Source: an uncultured Saprospiraceae bacterium (lineage in GTDB: Bacteria > Bacteroidota > Bacteroidia > Chitinophagales > Saprospiraceae). From it: a DNA stretch of 64,000 nt. Shown piece by piece: positions 9,200 through 19,466 of the stretch. A program made the translations under genes and the position numbers. Where the stretch lies: NCBI GenBank assembly GCA_938015415.1, contig CALLPK010000008.1, positions 14,442 to 78,441 of the forward strand. Direction: 5' to 3'. The notes beneath the pieces were generated by a model. That model saw only the letters and a list, made by a program, of their open reading frames with translations. It did no database searches and was not told the origin of the DNA. Every line of letters begins with the position of its first letter. Within the stretch, counting starts at the first letter, position 1.

Positions 9200-11326
9200 A
9201 TGGGTTATACAACAAAAAATATCCGAAATGTCGTCCTCCTGGGGCATTCCGGATCCGGAAAAACCACCCTGGCCGAAGCCATGCTCTTCGAAGCAAAAGC
9301 GATCACTCGACGGGGAAACATTACGGATGGCACCACGGCCTCCGATTACACAAATATCGAGCAGGAACGGGGCAACTCGCTCTTCAGTACCTTGCTCCAC
9401 GCCAAGTGGAAAAATTCTAAAATCAACCTTATCGACACGCCCGGATCAGACGATTTTGTGGGCGAAGTTATCTCCTCGATGAAGGTTGCTGATACGGCCG
9501 TCATGGTGCTCAACGCCTGTAGCGGAGTGGAAGTTGGAACCGAGATTCTCTGGGAGTACGTTGATCGTTTTAAAACGCCCGCACTCTTCGTCGTCAATCA
9601 TCTGGACAATGATAAGGCAAATTTTGACCATACGCTCGAACAAGCAAAAGCTCGTTTTGGGAATAAGGTGATTCCTTTTCAATTTCCAGTTACGTCCGGA
9701 GTTGGGTTCCACCGGATCATAGATTGTCTCCGAATGATTATGTACGTTTTTGAGGATGAAGGTGGTAAGCCGAGAAAAGAAGAAATTCCGGACGATCATA
9801 AATCCCGCGCGCAAGCCATTCACAATCAACTGGTCGAAGCCGCCGCTGAGAACGATGAGACGCTGATGGAAAAGTTTTTCGAAGAAGGTTCTTTGAGTGA
9901 ATCTGAACTGGCGGATGGATTGCGAATTGCGCTCGCCAACCAGGAAATTTATCCGGTCTTTGCCGCTTCCGCTCAACGCAATATGGGTAGTGGCCGCATC
10001 ATGAGTTTTATCAATGATATTTGTCCTTCTCCGGCCGACCGACCGGATGCGATACTCCAAAATGGAGGAACCATAAAAGCGGACAGCAACGGAGAAAATG
10101 CTATTTTTATTTATAAAACTTTATCCGAACCACGGGTAGGCATGCTCTCTTATTTTAAAATTTATAGTGGGAAATTAAATTCCGGCGTAGAACTCAACAA
10201 TAAACGCACGAGAACGACCGAACGCATCAGTCAACTCTTCGAAGCCAACGGAAAAGACCGGCATCCGGTAAACGAACTGGTGGCCGGAGACATCGGCGTG
10301 ACCGTCAAATTAAAAGAAACCAAAACCAACGATACCCTCAGTCCCAAAGGCACCGATCTGGAAATCGAACAAATTCATTTTCCCTCTTCCCGTATCCGGC
10401 GAGCAGTCGAGCCACCCGGAAAAAACGAAATGGAAAAAATGATGAAAGCCCTTTATCAGATTCAAGAGGAAGATCCGACCTTGAAAATTGAGCAGTCCAA
10501 AGCACTTAAACAAACAATTCTCCACGGTCAGGGCGAGCTACATCTGGATCTCATCAAATACCGGATTGAAAAAGTGAATAATATTTTGATGACTTATATT
10601 CAACCTAAAATTGAATACCGGGAAACCATTACTCAAATGGCGAACGGATCTTATCGTCACAAAAAACAAAGTGGTGGCTCTGGTCAGTTTGGCGAGGTAC
10701 ATATGCGCATCGAACCTTACTACGAAGACATGCCCCTACCCGCTAGTCTGACGGTCCGGAAAGAAGAACTCGAAGATCTTCCCTGGGGTGGAAAGCTTTC
10801 TTTTCTATGGTGTATTGTGGGTGGATCAATTGACGCTAAGTACGCTAATGCCATTAAAAAAGGAGTGATGCAAAAAATGGAAGAAGGACCATTGACGGGT
10901 TCCTACTGCCGGGATATTCGCGTCTGTATTTATGATGGAAAAATGCACGCCGTGGATTCCAATGATATGGCATTCATGATTGCGGCGTCGCAGGTTTTTA
11001 AAGATAATTTCCAACAGGCCAATCCGCAATTGATGGAGCCCATCTATTTATTGGAAATTCTTTGCTCCGACGATGTAACGGGCGATATCATGAGCGATTT
11101 GCAGACTCGCCGCGCCATTATTCAGGGAATGGGTGCCGACGGTCATTACCAAAAAATTACGGCAAAAGTACCGCTCTCCGAATTGTACCAATATTCTTCT
11201 TCACTACGAGCCATGACGCAGGGACGTGCTAAATTCACTCGTAAATTTGTTGAGTTTATGCCGGTGCCAAATGATATCCAACGTCGATTAATAAATAAAT
11301 ATCAGTCGCTGGAACAGGAGGCTTGA
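9200..11326 (+). CDS. Elongation factor G family translational GTPase, an EF-G paralog
   Basis: 708 aa. It has a P-loop GHSGSGKTTLAEAML, the DTPG motif, NHLD (an NKxD variant), and EF-G domains II-V. Confidence 0.8.
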   Translation: MGYTTKNIRNVVLLGHSGSGKTTLAEAMLFEAKAITRRGNITDGTTASDYTNIEQERGNSLFSTLLHAKWKNSKINLIDTPGSDDFVGEVISSMKVADTAVMVLNACSGVEVGTEILWEYVDRFKTPALFVVNHLDNDKANFDHTLEQAKARFGNKVIPFQFPVTSGVGFHRIIDCLRMIMYVFEDEGGKPRKEEIPDDHKSRAQAIHNQLVEAAAENDETLMEKFFEEGSLSESELADGLRIALANQEIYPVFAASAQRNMGSGRIMSFINDICPSPADRPDAILQNGGTIKADSNGENAIFIYKTLSEPRVGMLSYFKIYSGKLNSGVELNNKRTRTTERISQLFEANGKDRHPVNELVAGDIGVTVKLKETKTNDTLSPKGTDLEIEQIHFPSSRIRRAVEPPGKNEMEKMMKALYQIQEEDPTLKIEQSKALKQTILHGQGELHLDLIKYRIEKVNNILMTYIQPKIEYRETITQMANGSYRHKKQSGGSGQFGEVHMRIEPYYEDMPLPASLTVRKEELEDLPWGGKLSFLWCIVGGSIDAKYANAIKKGVMQKMEEGPLTGSYCRDIRVCIYDGKMHAVDSNDMAFMIAASQVFKDNFQQANPQLMEPIYLLEILCSDDVTGDIMSDLQTRRAIIQGMGADGHYQKITAKVPLSELYQYSSSLRAMTQGRAKFTRKFVEFMPVPNDIQRRLINKYQSLEQEA

Positions 11327-11393
11327 GTTGTTGAATCGTTGAATCGTTGAGAACAAATGGGTTCTCAACGATTCAACATTTCAACATCATATA
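11327..11393. repeat. Post-stop repeat of the GTTGAATCG family that forms a perfect 14-bp stem hairpin, probably a terminator
   Basis: gttgttgaatcgttgaatcgttgagaacaaatgggttctcaacgattcaacatttcaac. The arms gaatcgttgagaac and gttctcaacgattc are complementary. It starts 1 nt after the EF-G-like stop codon. Confidence 0.65.
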
Positions 11394-11571
11394 AAAATTG
11401 GTCCATTTCTTGCAAAGCAAAAAGTATCGGAATGATACACACAAAATTCTACTTATAACGATCCCCTTGTTATAATCCATTGTTGAGCGTCTATTCAACA
11501 ATGCTATTGAACCAACCTAACCTTTCCCCCACACAGTACAACCATTTTTAATTTCTTTAAAAAGTTTAGTC

Positions 11572-14500
11572 ATGAAACACTCTTTCATCTGGCTCATCCT
11601 GTGTATCATAGGTAGCCCATGTGTTTCCCCCATTTTAGGTCAGGATTGTCAACCAATAACCGGAACATCAAACCTCGCACGAACCTCCAATACAATCAAC
11701 CAAACCATCGGTATCAATGCCGGATTTGACATTGAGCGATTTTTTGGAAACATCCCCGGTTACTCCTATAATCAGGATTCCATTCTTTTGAGTGACGTCA
11801 TGGAAACAAGCCCGATTATTCGTTTTTTTTACAGTCAAAATAAGGACTACGATAATCGTAGTGTCCCTAAAGATTATGAAGATCTCGGTCCTCTTAATTT
11901 TAATGAATTGATCAATGTAAATGATCGTTCTACCCATCTTACCGAAAACTACGTTAGAATTCTTCCATTGTTTGAGGCAGGTTTTGAAATACAGGTTGCC
12001 ATAGAAATATCACACGGAAAAGTTTTTCCGGATAAATGGTGGACCCTGGAAGAACTTTCCGAGGAAGCCGACAACAACTCAAATCCAAATATGAGTCGTG
12101 TCGTCACCGAAATTACCGCAGAAGGTAAAGATTGGGCTACTGCTTTTTTGAAAGTCTATGATCCCAAAAGTACCAATGGGAATTTTGCCCCCAAACCAGT
12201 GGTCACGGTACTCGAACTGGGGAACGAACCCTGGGGCGACGACTTAGGGATTGAAGGATTCCGTGCATACATCAACGGGATGTACGAAGCTTTTGTAGAT
12301 TATTATGAAAATGACCGCGAATTTAGAATCAAACTGGCCGGTGCGGCTTTTCAAGGACACGCAGCCATTGGTTCTGATTTTTATAATGGCAGACTACTCG
12401 ATTATGCGGGTGTGATGATTGGGGATGAAGGCAACTCGCTAGTCGATCTGGGTCCGTTGCGAAACGCAATGACCGAAGGCGTGGGCGTTCATAATTATAG
12501 TTTTACCGACTATTGTGATATTGATGCTAATACGTTGATCAACCATCCGGAAAGAACCAATAATGGTTTTATGGCTTATAAAAATATTTCAGAATGGGTC
12601 ACTAATAATATGCCAGCGGGTTCACAAAAAGTAAATGCGACTGAGTACGGCTGGAATTCAGATTATGAACCGAGATTATATTTTCCTTGTGCCGAAGGAA
12701 AGGTTAACGAATGGGGTGGTTGCGATGAAGTAGCGACCTACGACGAAGTAGTTGCTATTAGTCTGGACGGAAGAAAATACGATTATAATGAGGAAGACTT
12801 TACAGATCGAATCAGCCAGCAAATTGTCGGTCGTACCGCTCAGGCGGCGTATATCGTTCGATCTACTTTGATCATGAACCGCTGGGGTGTTAACAAAGCG
12901 ATGCTCTATGGATTACTGGACGACTGGGCCAATCCACTTTATTTTTCCAATGGATTAATTGATACAGATCGAGCACAATCAGCCGATATTACCTTAGACG
13001 AATTAAAGGATATTCAACCCAATCCATCCGGTAAAAAAGAATCCTGGTACGCCGTAAAAAGACTAAAAGAGATATTAGGTGATAAATATTTTATTGAACA
13101 ATATGGATCAGAAACAGACGGTGGAACTTATACCTATACTTTTGGTGATCATGAAAATGGGCCGCCAACGCATCTGGTCACCTGGACGGCTACGAATATT
13201 AACGAACTGGAAGATGGCGCGTTCGTCAACGTGGTTAATGACAATAATAATATCAATGCTATTCAAAACCTCACGAATACGTTGGATTTGACAACCCTGA
13301 ATTTACCCGCTGGAACCAACATTAACCTTTCTCAACCAGCTATTTATTTAAATGGAAAAATAAATAATGATTGGAAAAATACGCAAGAGTTATTGGTCAA
13401 TAATAATCCAACCATGATTCGGGTTTCTCCCATTCCGGTGGTTATCCCATTACAGTTTGAAGCTACCTCTTGTGACAACTTGAGATTAAACAAGGAAGAA
13501 GAAACTACTGTAATTATCACCAACGACATCGCACCGGCTCGAATTACTTACGTTGATAATAATGACCCCAGCGCACCACCAGCAGTCAATATGGTTTGTG
13601 AGGGCGACTGTGAAAGATCAGAGACGGTTCGTTTACCGATTGGTAGTTTTGATTTTTCCGTAAGGGTAGAAAATAATGGAGACGTTTGTAATAGAACCTT
13701 ATCCGTGCAAATTAGCGAACCTGATCCTTGTGATGATATTATGATTACCGAAGAAGACGGATTTGTTTCAATCAATAGCATCAACAATGAGAATATAGCT
13801 ATTCAAATTATGGATTTATCCAACAATAATTTCATGCTTGATAATCAAAACCTGACTGCTTCCGAGCAACTAACACTAGACCCGGGAAATTATCAAATAG
13901 TAATTTCAGGAGAAAATTGTCAACAAATTTCTATCACCGAAGGGTCCGTAGATGATCCACCTGCGAATACGTTCCAATGTCAGGGCGCTACCATAAATTA
14001 CGGAGAAGGGCAAATATCGGTGGTAATGAATGATGGACAAAATGCCGGTATTCAAATTCATGATTTAGATAACGGTTGGATCGTGGTTGCTACTAATAAT
14101 TACGGATCTAATCAACTCCAGACTGAATTACCAGGTGGCGAGTATCTCATAAAAATTAACAGCGAAAGTTGCGAAGCCATAGAATTATCAGATGCACCTG
14201 TAACTCCTCCGACGGAGGATGAATTCGAATGCCAGGGTGCCACGATCACCTACGGAGCAGGACAAATTTCCGTCGTAATGGACGATGAGCAAAATGCCGG
14301 TATCAAAATACACGACCTTCTAAATAGCTGGGTAATTGTCGGTAATAATAATTACCAGTCTGATAACTTAGTAGTCGATTTACCAGAAGGAGAATATCTT
14401 GTTAAGATCAATAGTAACGAATGCGAAGCAATTTATCTGGAGCCTGCTCCCGAAACAGGTGGAGCAATTTGTTCGGAAGCCACCATTGAGTTTTACGAAG

Positions 14501-14979
14501 GGACGATTGACGTGCTGATGCACGACCGACAGCTGGCAACGATTGAAATTTTAGACGAAGCAGGCGAATCCATGGTCAGAAATACCGTTCCCAGAATGCA
14601 ATTGATTGTTGAGGAGTTACTTCCGGGAGAATATACCGTTGTCATTAATGGCACTATCTGTCAGGAGATTATGATCAGTCCGGTAGAAACCAATTCATTC
14701 GGTAGTGATGACCACGACCCTGGCGCATCCGTTACCCTTTTTCCCAACCCCGCCCACGATTACATTCAGGTACATCTACCTAAATTAGCAGGCCGCGCCG
14801 GAACTATTCAAGTCTACGATGCCTACGGACAAATAATTACCGAACATACATCCGAAAGACTCAATAATTACGAGCGACTGGATTTAAGCAGGGCCAGAAA
14901 CGGACTTTATTATATGACAATCAAAGCAAAAGACAAACGCCGGATTGGAAAACGGTTTGTGGTGGAGGATGGTAAGTAA
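11572..14979 (+). CDS. Secreted multidomain protein. It has a probable clan GH-A glycoside-hydrolase-like N-terminal domain, four ~80-aa tandem beta-rich repeats and a T9SS C-terminal sorting domain.
   Basis: 1135 aa with a signal peptide. LELGNEPWGDD carries an NEP catalytic-acid-type motif typical of clan GH-A. Four repeats of CQGATI.YGEGQISVVM.D.QNAGI.IHDL...GEYL.KIN...CEAI lie at about nt 13730-14700. The C-terminus TLFPNPAHDYIQVHL...YYMTIKAKD is a T9SS CTD. Confidence 0.6.
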   Translation: MKHSFIWLILCIIGSPCVSPILGQDCQPITGTSNLARTSNTINQTIGINAGFDIERFFGNIPGYSYNQDSILLSDVMETSPIIRFFYSQNKDYDNRSVPKDYEDLGPLNFNELINVNDRSTHLTENYVRILPLFEAGFEIQVAIEISHGKVFPDKWWTLEELSEEADNNSNPNMSRVVTEITAEGKDWATAFLKVYDPKSTNGNFAPKPVVTVLELGNEPWGDDLGIEGFRAYINGMYEAFVDYYENDREFRIKLAGAAFQGHAAIGSDFYNGRLLDYAGVMIGDEGNSLVDLGPLRNAMTEGVGVHNYSFTDYCDIDANTLINHPERTNNGFMAYKNISEWVTNNMPAGSQKVNATEYGWNSDYEPRLYFPCAEGKVNEWGGCDEVATYDEVVAISLDGRKYDYNEEDFTDRISQQIVGRTAQAAYIVRSTLIMNRWGVNKAMLYGLLDDWANPLYFSNGLIDTDRAQSADITLDELKDIQPNPSGKKESWYAVKRLKEILGDKYFIEQYGSETDGGTYTYTFGDHENGPPTHLVTWTATNINELEDGAFVNVVNDNNNINAIQNLTNTLDLTTLNLPAGTNINLSQPAIYLNGKINNDWKNTQELLVNNNPTMIRVSPIPVVIPLQFEATSCDNLRLNKEEETTVIITNDIAPARITYVDNNDPSAPPAVNMVCEGDCERSETVRLPIGSFDFSVRVENNGDVCNRTLSVQISEPDPCDDIMITEEDGFVSINSINNENIAIQIMDLSNNNFMLDNQNLTASEQLTLDPGNYQIVISGENCQQISITEGSVDDPPANTFQCQGATINYGEGQISVVMNDGQNAGIQIHDLDNGWIVVATNNYGSNQLQTELPGGEYLIKINSESCEAIELSDAPVTPPTEDEFECQGATITYGAGQISVVMDDEQNAGIKIHDLLNSWVIVGNNNYQSDNLVVDLPEGEYLVKINSNECEAIYLEPAPETGGAICSEATIEFYEGTIDVLMHDRQLATIEILDEAGESMVRNTVPRMQLIVEELLPGEYTVVINGTICQEIMISPVETNSFGSDDHDPGASVTLFPNPAHDYIQVHLPKLAGRAGTIQVYDAYGQIITEHTSERLNNYERLDLSRARNGLYYMTIKAKDKRRIGKRFVVEDGK

Positions 14980-15013
14980 GGGCACTTAAGCATTTTTACA
15001 AAAATTTTTAAAT

Positions 15014-15048
15014 GGTCTGAATCGCATAATGTGATTCAGACCGTTTTC
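15014..15048 (+). terminator. Rho-independent terminator
   Basis: The hairpin ggtctgaatc-gcataatgt-gattcagacc is followed by gtttt, downstream of the 11572-14979 gene. Confidence 0.7.
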
Positions 15049-15197
15049 TATTTGGCAAAAATCTATATTCTTTCTTCTCAACATATACGCTATTATTACA
15101 ATAAAGGGAGGCTTTAAGGCGGCCCATTTCCTTGATTTTTCGTACCTTTGCGTGTCTTTTTATAAAAAATTCATTAAATCATATAAATTATTTAGAT

Positions 15198-16511
15198 ATG
15201 CAAAATGTAGAATCCAGCGTCCGTTACAAAGTGAAGGACATCTCTCTGGCCGATTGGGGTCGTAAAGAAATGGACTTAGCGGAAGCAGAAATGCCCGGAC
15301 TAATGGCATTACGGGAACAATACGGCGAATCCAAGCCCCTCAAAGGTGCCAGAATCGCAGGTTGTTTACACATGACCATCCAGACGGCAGTACTCATCGA
15401 AACCCTCGTAGCCATGGGTGCAGAAGTTACCTGGTCTTCTTGTAACGTATTCTCTACGCAGGATCACGCCGCCGCGGCTATTGCTGCTGCTGGAATTCCT
15501 GTTTACGCCTGGAAAGGAATGACGGAAGAAGAATTCAACTGGTGTATCGAGCAAACGCTGACCGCCTTTGAAGGCAACAAGCCATTGAATATGATTCTGG
15601 ACGATGGTGGTGATCTGACCAACATGGTTTTTGACGAATATCCTGAGTTAGTAAAAGGTATCAAAGGATTAAGTGAAGAAACGACTACGGGTGTTCACCG
15701 TCTTTACGAAAGAGAAAGAAACGGAACCCTGGTACTTCCTGCCATCAACGTAAATGATTCTGTTACCAAATCTAAATTTGATAATAAATACGGTTGTAAA
15801 GAATCTTGTGTAGATGCGATTCGTCGTGCGACGGATACCATGATCGCTGGTAAAGTAGCCGTAGTGGCTGGTTACGGTGATGTAGGTAAAGGTTCTGCAG
15901 CTTCTCTGGCGGGTGCCGGAGCACGAGTCATTGTTACAGAAATTGACCCGATTTGTGCGCTGCAAGCAGCCATGGACGGATTCGCTGTAAAGAGAATGGA
16001 AAATGCACTAAAAGAAGCCAGCATCGTGGTTACTGCTACGGGTAACAAGGACATTATCAACGCAAAGTATTTCGGAATGATGAAGGACAAAACCATCGTT
16101 TGTAATATCGGTCACTTTGATAACGAAATCGACATGGCGTGGTTAAACAAAACACACGGTGATAGCAAAGTAGAAATCAAACCTCAGGTGGATAAGTATA
16201 CCATCGACGGTAAAGATATTATCGTCCTGGCAGAAGGACGTTTGGTCAACCTCGGTTGTGCTACGGGTCACCCTTCTTTCGTCATGTCCAACTCTTTCAC
16301 CAATCAGTCTCTGGCACAATTGGAGCTTTGGGAAAACAGCGATAAGTACGAAAATAAAGTATATATGCTACCTAAGCACCTGGATGAGAAAGTAGCGCGT
16401 CTGCACTTGTCTAAGATCGGCGTAGAACTGGAAGAATTGTCCAAAGATCAGGCGGATTATATCGGCGTGAAACCAGAAGGACCGTTTAAGCCGGAATATT
16501 ACCGTTACTAA
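15198..16511 (+). CDS. ahcY: Adenosylhomocysteinase (S-adenosyl-L-homocysteine hydrolase)
   Basis: The sequence reads [40 protein letters not shown]...[25 protein letters not shown]... with an NAD-binding GYGDVGKG motif. The ORF track extends it to 15132, but the conserved protein begins at the ATG at 15198. Confidence 0.9.
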   Translation: MQNVESSVRYKVKDISLADWGRKEMDLAEAEMPGLMALREQYGESKPLKGARIAGCLHMTIQTAVLIETLVAMGAEVTWSSCNVFSTQDHAAAAIAAAGIPVYAWKGMTEEEFNWCIEQTLTAFEGNKPLNMILDDGGDLTNMVFDEYPELVKGIKGLSEETTTGVHRLYERERNGTLVLPAINVNDSVTKSKFDNKYGCKESCVDAIRRATDTMIAGKVAVVAGYGDVGKGSAASLAGAGARVIVTEIDPICALQAAMDGFAVKRMENALKEASIVVTATGNKDIINAKYFGMMKDKTIVCNIGHFDNEIDMAWLNKTHGDSKVEIKPQVDKYTIDGKDIIVLAEGRLVNLGCATGHPSFVMSNSFTNQSLAQLELWENSDKYENKVYMLPKHLDEKVARLHLSKIGVELEELSKDQADYIGVKPEGPFKPEYYRY

Positions 16512-16582
16512 GAGAGCTATTGGCCGTTAGCTTTTAGCTATTGGCTTCTCTTCTATCGTAATAATCGCTTCAGAAAAGATTA

Positions 16583-16622
16583 AATTCCCTGTACCGTTTG
16601 AAACGATGCGGGGAATTTTTTA
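16583..16622 (+). terminator. Rho-independent terminator after ahcY
   Basis: aaattccc-tgtaccgtttgaaacgatgc-ggggaatt followed by ttttta. Confidence 0.6.
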
Positions 16623-16940
16623 TAATAAAAAATACCTCTTCGCAAGTCTCCTTTAAAAGGAGAATCATCTCAACAAACAAGGTCAGAGCTCAACGAGCAA
16701 AAAAAGAAAAAGAAAAAAGTATTCCTTATCAGAGCGCGGGAGCAACCACTCCTTCAGGAGGTTGGGAGGTGAGAAGAGCAAAAACCAATAAATAATTCTG
16801 CCCTAATCCCTATCACAGTTAAAGTATACATTACCTCTGCGGAAACGCACAGAGGACCATCCATCACTCATCACAAAAAACCGATACCATGTGACGTTAA
16901 AGAGACGCCAACTGGCTAATAACTAATAGCCAACCAGCCC

Positions 16941-17657
16941 CTAAAACCGATAACTCACGCCCGCCTGCGCCAAATGCACATTACTAAATCCACCCTCTCC
17001 AAAAATTGCCCAATTTTCGTTGATAAAATAACGGCCTCCCACAGAAACATAATAAACAAAAGTAGGAACATTAACGTCGTTAGTGACCAACTCGTCCAGC
17101 GCAATATCTCCTAACTGCTCAATGATGGTTTTACGGCGATTAAAACTATAGCCCGCCGTGATGGAAGTATAAAAATCAAGCTCTGGAATGATCGCTAACT
17201 GCCGGTGGTAAACCAGCTTTCCCGCGAGGGTATAAACGTTTACTTTTTCTTTAACGATGGGTGCATCGCAATTACAGTTTGATCCAATTCCGATGGGTAC
17301 TAAACACTCAACCGCGCATTGTGGATCATCCAGAAATTCGGTAATATCGTTCAGACTCAAATCTTCCTGTGCGTTGACTCGGTAATACCCAAAGAGCCCA
17401 CCTAGACTTATATTATCAGTAATACTGTATTCGTAATGTAAATTAATCCCTGGCGTTGGATTACCAGATCCAGTTCCTCCACTAAAAAGATCCAGCGCAA
17501 AATCGGAAGGATTAGATAAAAATGAAACGCCAAGGCTCAATAGCTGATCGCCTTTTTCAACGTGGCGACGGTGCATCTCTTTGGTCGCTTCCTGCCCGGA
17601 TATACCAGAAATAATGATCGTAGAAAAGAAAAATAGCAGCGTAAGAATTCTTTGCAT
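16941..17657 (-). CDS. Outer-membrane beta-barrel protein, porin-like
   Basis: 238 aa. It has a signal peptide, alternating amphipathic beta strands and a C-terminal ...VSYRF aromatic residue typical of OMPs. Confidence 0.5.
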   Translation of the reverse strand: MQRILTLLFFFSTIIISGISGQEATKEMHRRHVEKGDQLLSLGVSFLSNPSDFALDLFSGGTGSGNPTPGINLHYEYSITDNISLGGLFGYYRVNAQEDLSLNDITEFLDDPQCAVECLVPIGIGSNCNCDAPIVKEKVNVYTLAGKLVYHRQLAIIPELDFYTSITAGYSFNRRKTIIEQLGDIALDELVTNDVNVPTFVYYVSVGGRYFINENWAIFGEGGFSNVHLAQAGVSYRF

Positions 17658-17887
17658 AATGTATCGTTTTTGTGATTGGGTTGTTTAAATTTGTGCTTAC
17701 CGCTTACTTATGACGGTGTTATTGAAAAATAGGAACAAAAATTTAGTATACAGGAGATTTTTTGGCTCATTATCACTAGCTCTTTTTTAAAATTTCACGT
17801 TAAAGAGAAGCCAACTGACCAAATAGCTAACTGGCCAACAGGCTTTAATTAAAACCATTCATCACTCTTTATATTCAACGCTATATT

Positions 17888-19390
17888 TTGAAAATCAAAT
17901 CCAACCTCGTCAAACCCTTCGCTCATTTAGTGGCTCGCCAGATAGAGCGTTGGTCGCAAACGGCGGTGCAGGATCAGGAGCAGATCAGACAGTATTTGGT
18001 CAAACGGGCACAACACACCGCTTTCGGGAAAGACCATGATTTTTCAAAAATAGGGAGTTACAAAAATTATAGGCAAAATATTCCGATCAATGACTATGAG
18101 GGTTTAAAATCCTATTTTGATCGGGTAAAAACGGGCGAAGCCGATGTACTCTGGCCCGGTCTGCCCCGCTATTTTGCCAAGACTTCCGGAACGACCTCCG
18201 GGGCAAAATATATTCCACTCACCAAAGAAAGTATGCCCAATCATTTTGGGACGGCCCGTAATGCGCTTTTTAATTATTATGCGCGTTCTGGCAAAGGCAA
18301 CTGGCTGGATGGGAAAATGATTTTTCTTTCCGGTAGCCCGGTACTAACCGAAACGGGTGGCATCAAAACCGGGCGGCTTTCCGGTATCGTCAATCACGAA
18401 ATTCCCGCCTGGCTCCGGACCAGTCAATTGCCTTCCTACGCCACCAATTGTATCGACAGCTGGGAGGAAAAACTGGAAAACATTGTTACCGAAACCCATA
18501 ACCAGGACATGCGGCTCATCAGCGGTATTCCGCCGTGGGTACAAATGTATTACGAACAACTCCTCGACCGTACCGGCAAAAAACATGTTAAAGACATTTT
18601 TCCCAATTATAATATTTTCGTTTACGGTGGTGTCAATTTTGAACCTTACCGAGACGTCCTCGAAAACCTCGTAGGCGCACGGATCGACAGCTTAGAAACT
18701 TATCCGGCTTCCGAAGGCTTTATCGCTTTTCAGGATGACCAAAACGAAAAAGGATTATTACTCAATACCAAATCAGGAATCTTTTTTGAATTTATTCCGG
18801 CCTCCGAAATTTTTAATAAAAATCCTACTCGGCTTTCGCTTGCTGACGTTGAACTCGGTGTTAATTACGCAATCATCCTGAATACCAACGCCGGACTTTG
18901 GGGATACAACATCGGGGATACGGTGGAGTTTGTTTCCAAAAACCCTTACCGCATTTTAGTAACGGGTAGAATCAAACACTTTATTTCCGCTTTTGGCGAA
19001 CACGTCATTGGTAAAGAAGTGGAATCAGCGATTTTAGCAGCTACGGCTGGTGAAAATATTCGTTTTACGGAATTTACCGTCGCGCCGCAGATCACGCCTC
19101 CCGAAGGCGGCCTCCCCTATCACGAATGGCTGATTGAGTTCGAAAACCCGCCCGCCGACCCGACTGCTTTTGCGCAAAAGATTGATCATTTTATGTGTCA
19201 ACAAAATATCTATTATCAGGATTTGATCGCAGGGAAGGTTTTACAACCGTTGAAAATCGTCGCCTTACCCAAAGACAGTTTTAGAAACTTGATGAAAACC
19301 CGGGGTAAACTCGGTGGACAAAATAAGCCGCCTCGCTTGAGTAATGATCGATCGATGGCGGAGGCGTTGGCAGGTCAGCCCCGTCCGTGA
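17888..19390 (+). CDS. GH3 family (auxin-responsive GH3-like) acyl-acid-amido synthetase homolog
   Basis: 500 aa. The length and the N-terminal and central motifs, including the adenylate-forming-like FAKTSGTTSGAKYIP, resemble the bacterial GH3 family. Assigned from memory. Confidence 0.6.
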   Translation: MKIKSNLVKPFAHLVARQIERWSQTAVQDQEQIRQYLVKRAQHTAFGKDHDFSKIGSYKNYRQNIPINDYEGLKSYFDRVKTGEADVLWPGLPRYFAKTSGTTSGAKYIPLTKESMPNHFGTARNALFNYYARSGKGNWLDGKMIFLSGSPVLTETGGIKTGRLSGIVNHEIPAWLRTSQLPSYATNCIDSWEEKLENIVTETHNQDMRLISGIPPWVQMYYEQLLDRTGKKHVKDIFPNYNIFVYGGVNFEPYRDVLENLVGARIDSLETYPASEGFIAFQDDQNEKGLLLNTKSGIFFEFIPASEIFNKNPTRLSLADVELGVNYAIILNTNAGLWGYNIGDTVEFVSKNPYRILVTGRIKHFISAFGEHVIGKEVESAILAATAGENIRFTEFTVAPQITPPEGGLPYHEWLIEFENPPADPTAFAQKIDHFMCQQNIYYQDLIAGKVLQPLKIVALPKDSFRNLMKTRGKLGGQNKPPRLSNDRSMAEALAGQPRP

Positions 19391-19466
19391 TGCGGTTTTG
19401 GCGGTTTTGCACAAAACCGCCTGTCTATCCTACACACCATTATCGAAAACCACAACCCTTTGCTAC

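Noticed and set aside
9446-10060. 204-aa minus-strand ORF inside the EF-G-like gene
   Set aside because: It is antisense to a confidently identified GTPase gene and has no recognisable motif.
15060-15197. Possible SAH riboswitch in the ahcY leader
   Set aside because: SAH riboswitches commonly precede ahcY, but I could not match the conserved core pseudoknot sequences by eye. It needs an Infernal scan.
16598-16795. 65-aa plus ORF in the ahcY-OMP intergenic region
   Set aside because: It lies in a low-complexity A-rich region containing hairpins. There is no RBS or start context, and it is more likely non-coding.
19344-19466. N-terminal extension of fdhD as given in the ORF track
   Set aside because: It overlaps the end of the GH3 gene and adds a non-conserved Arg/Trp-rich segment. 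The internal ATG at 19467 gives a canonical-length FdhD.
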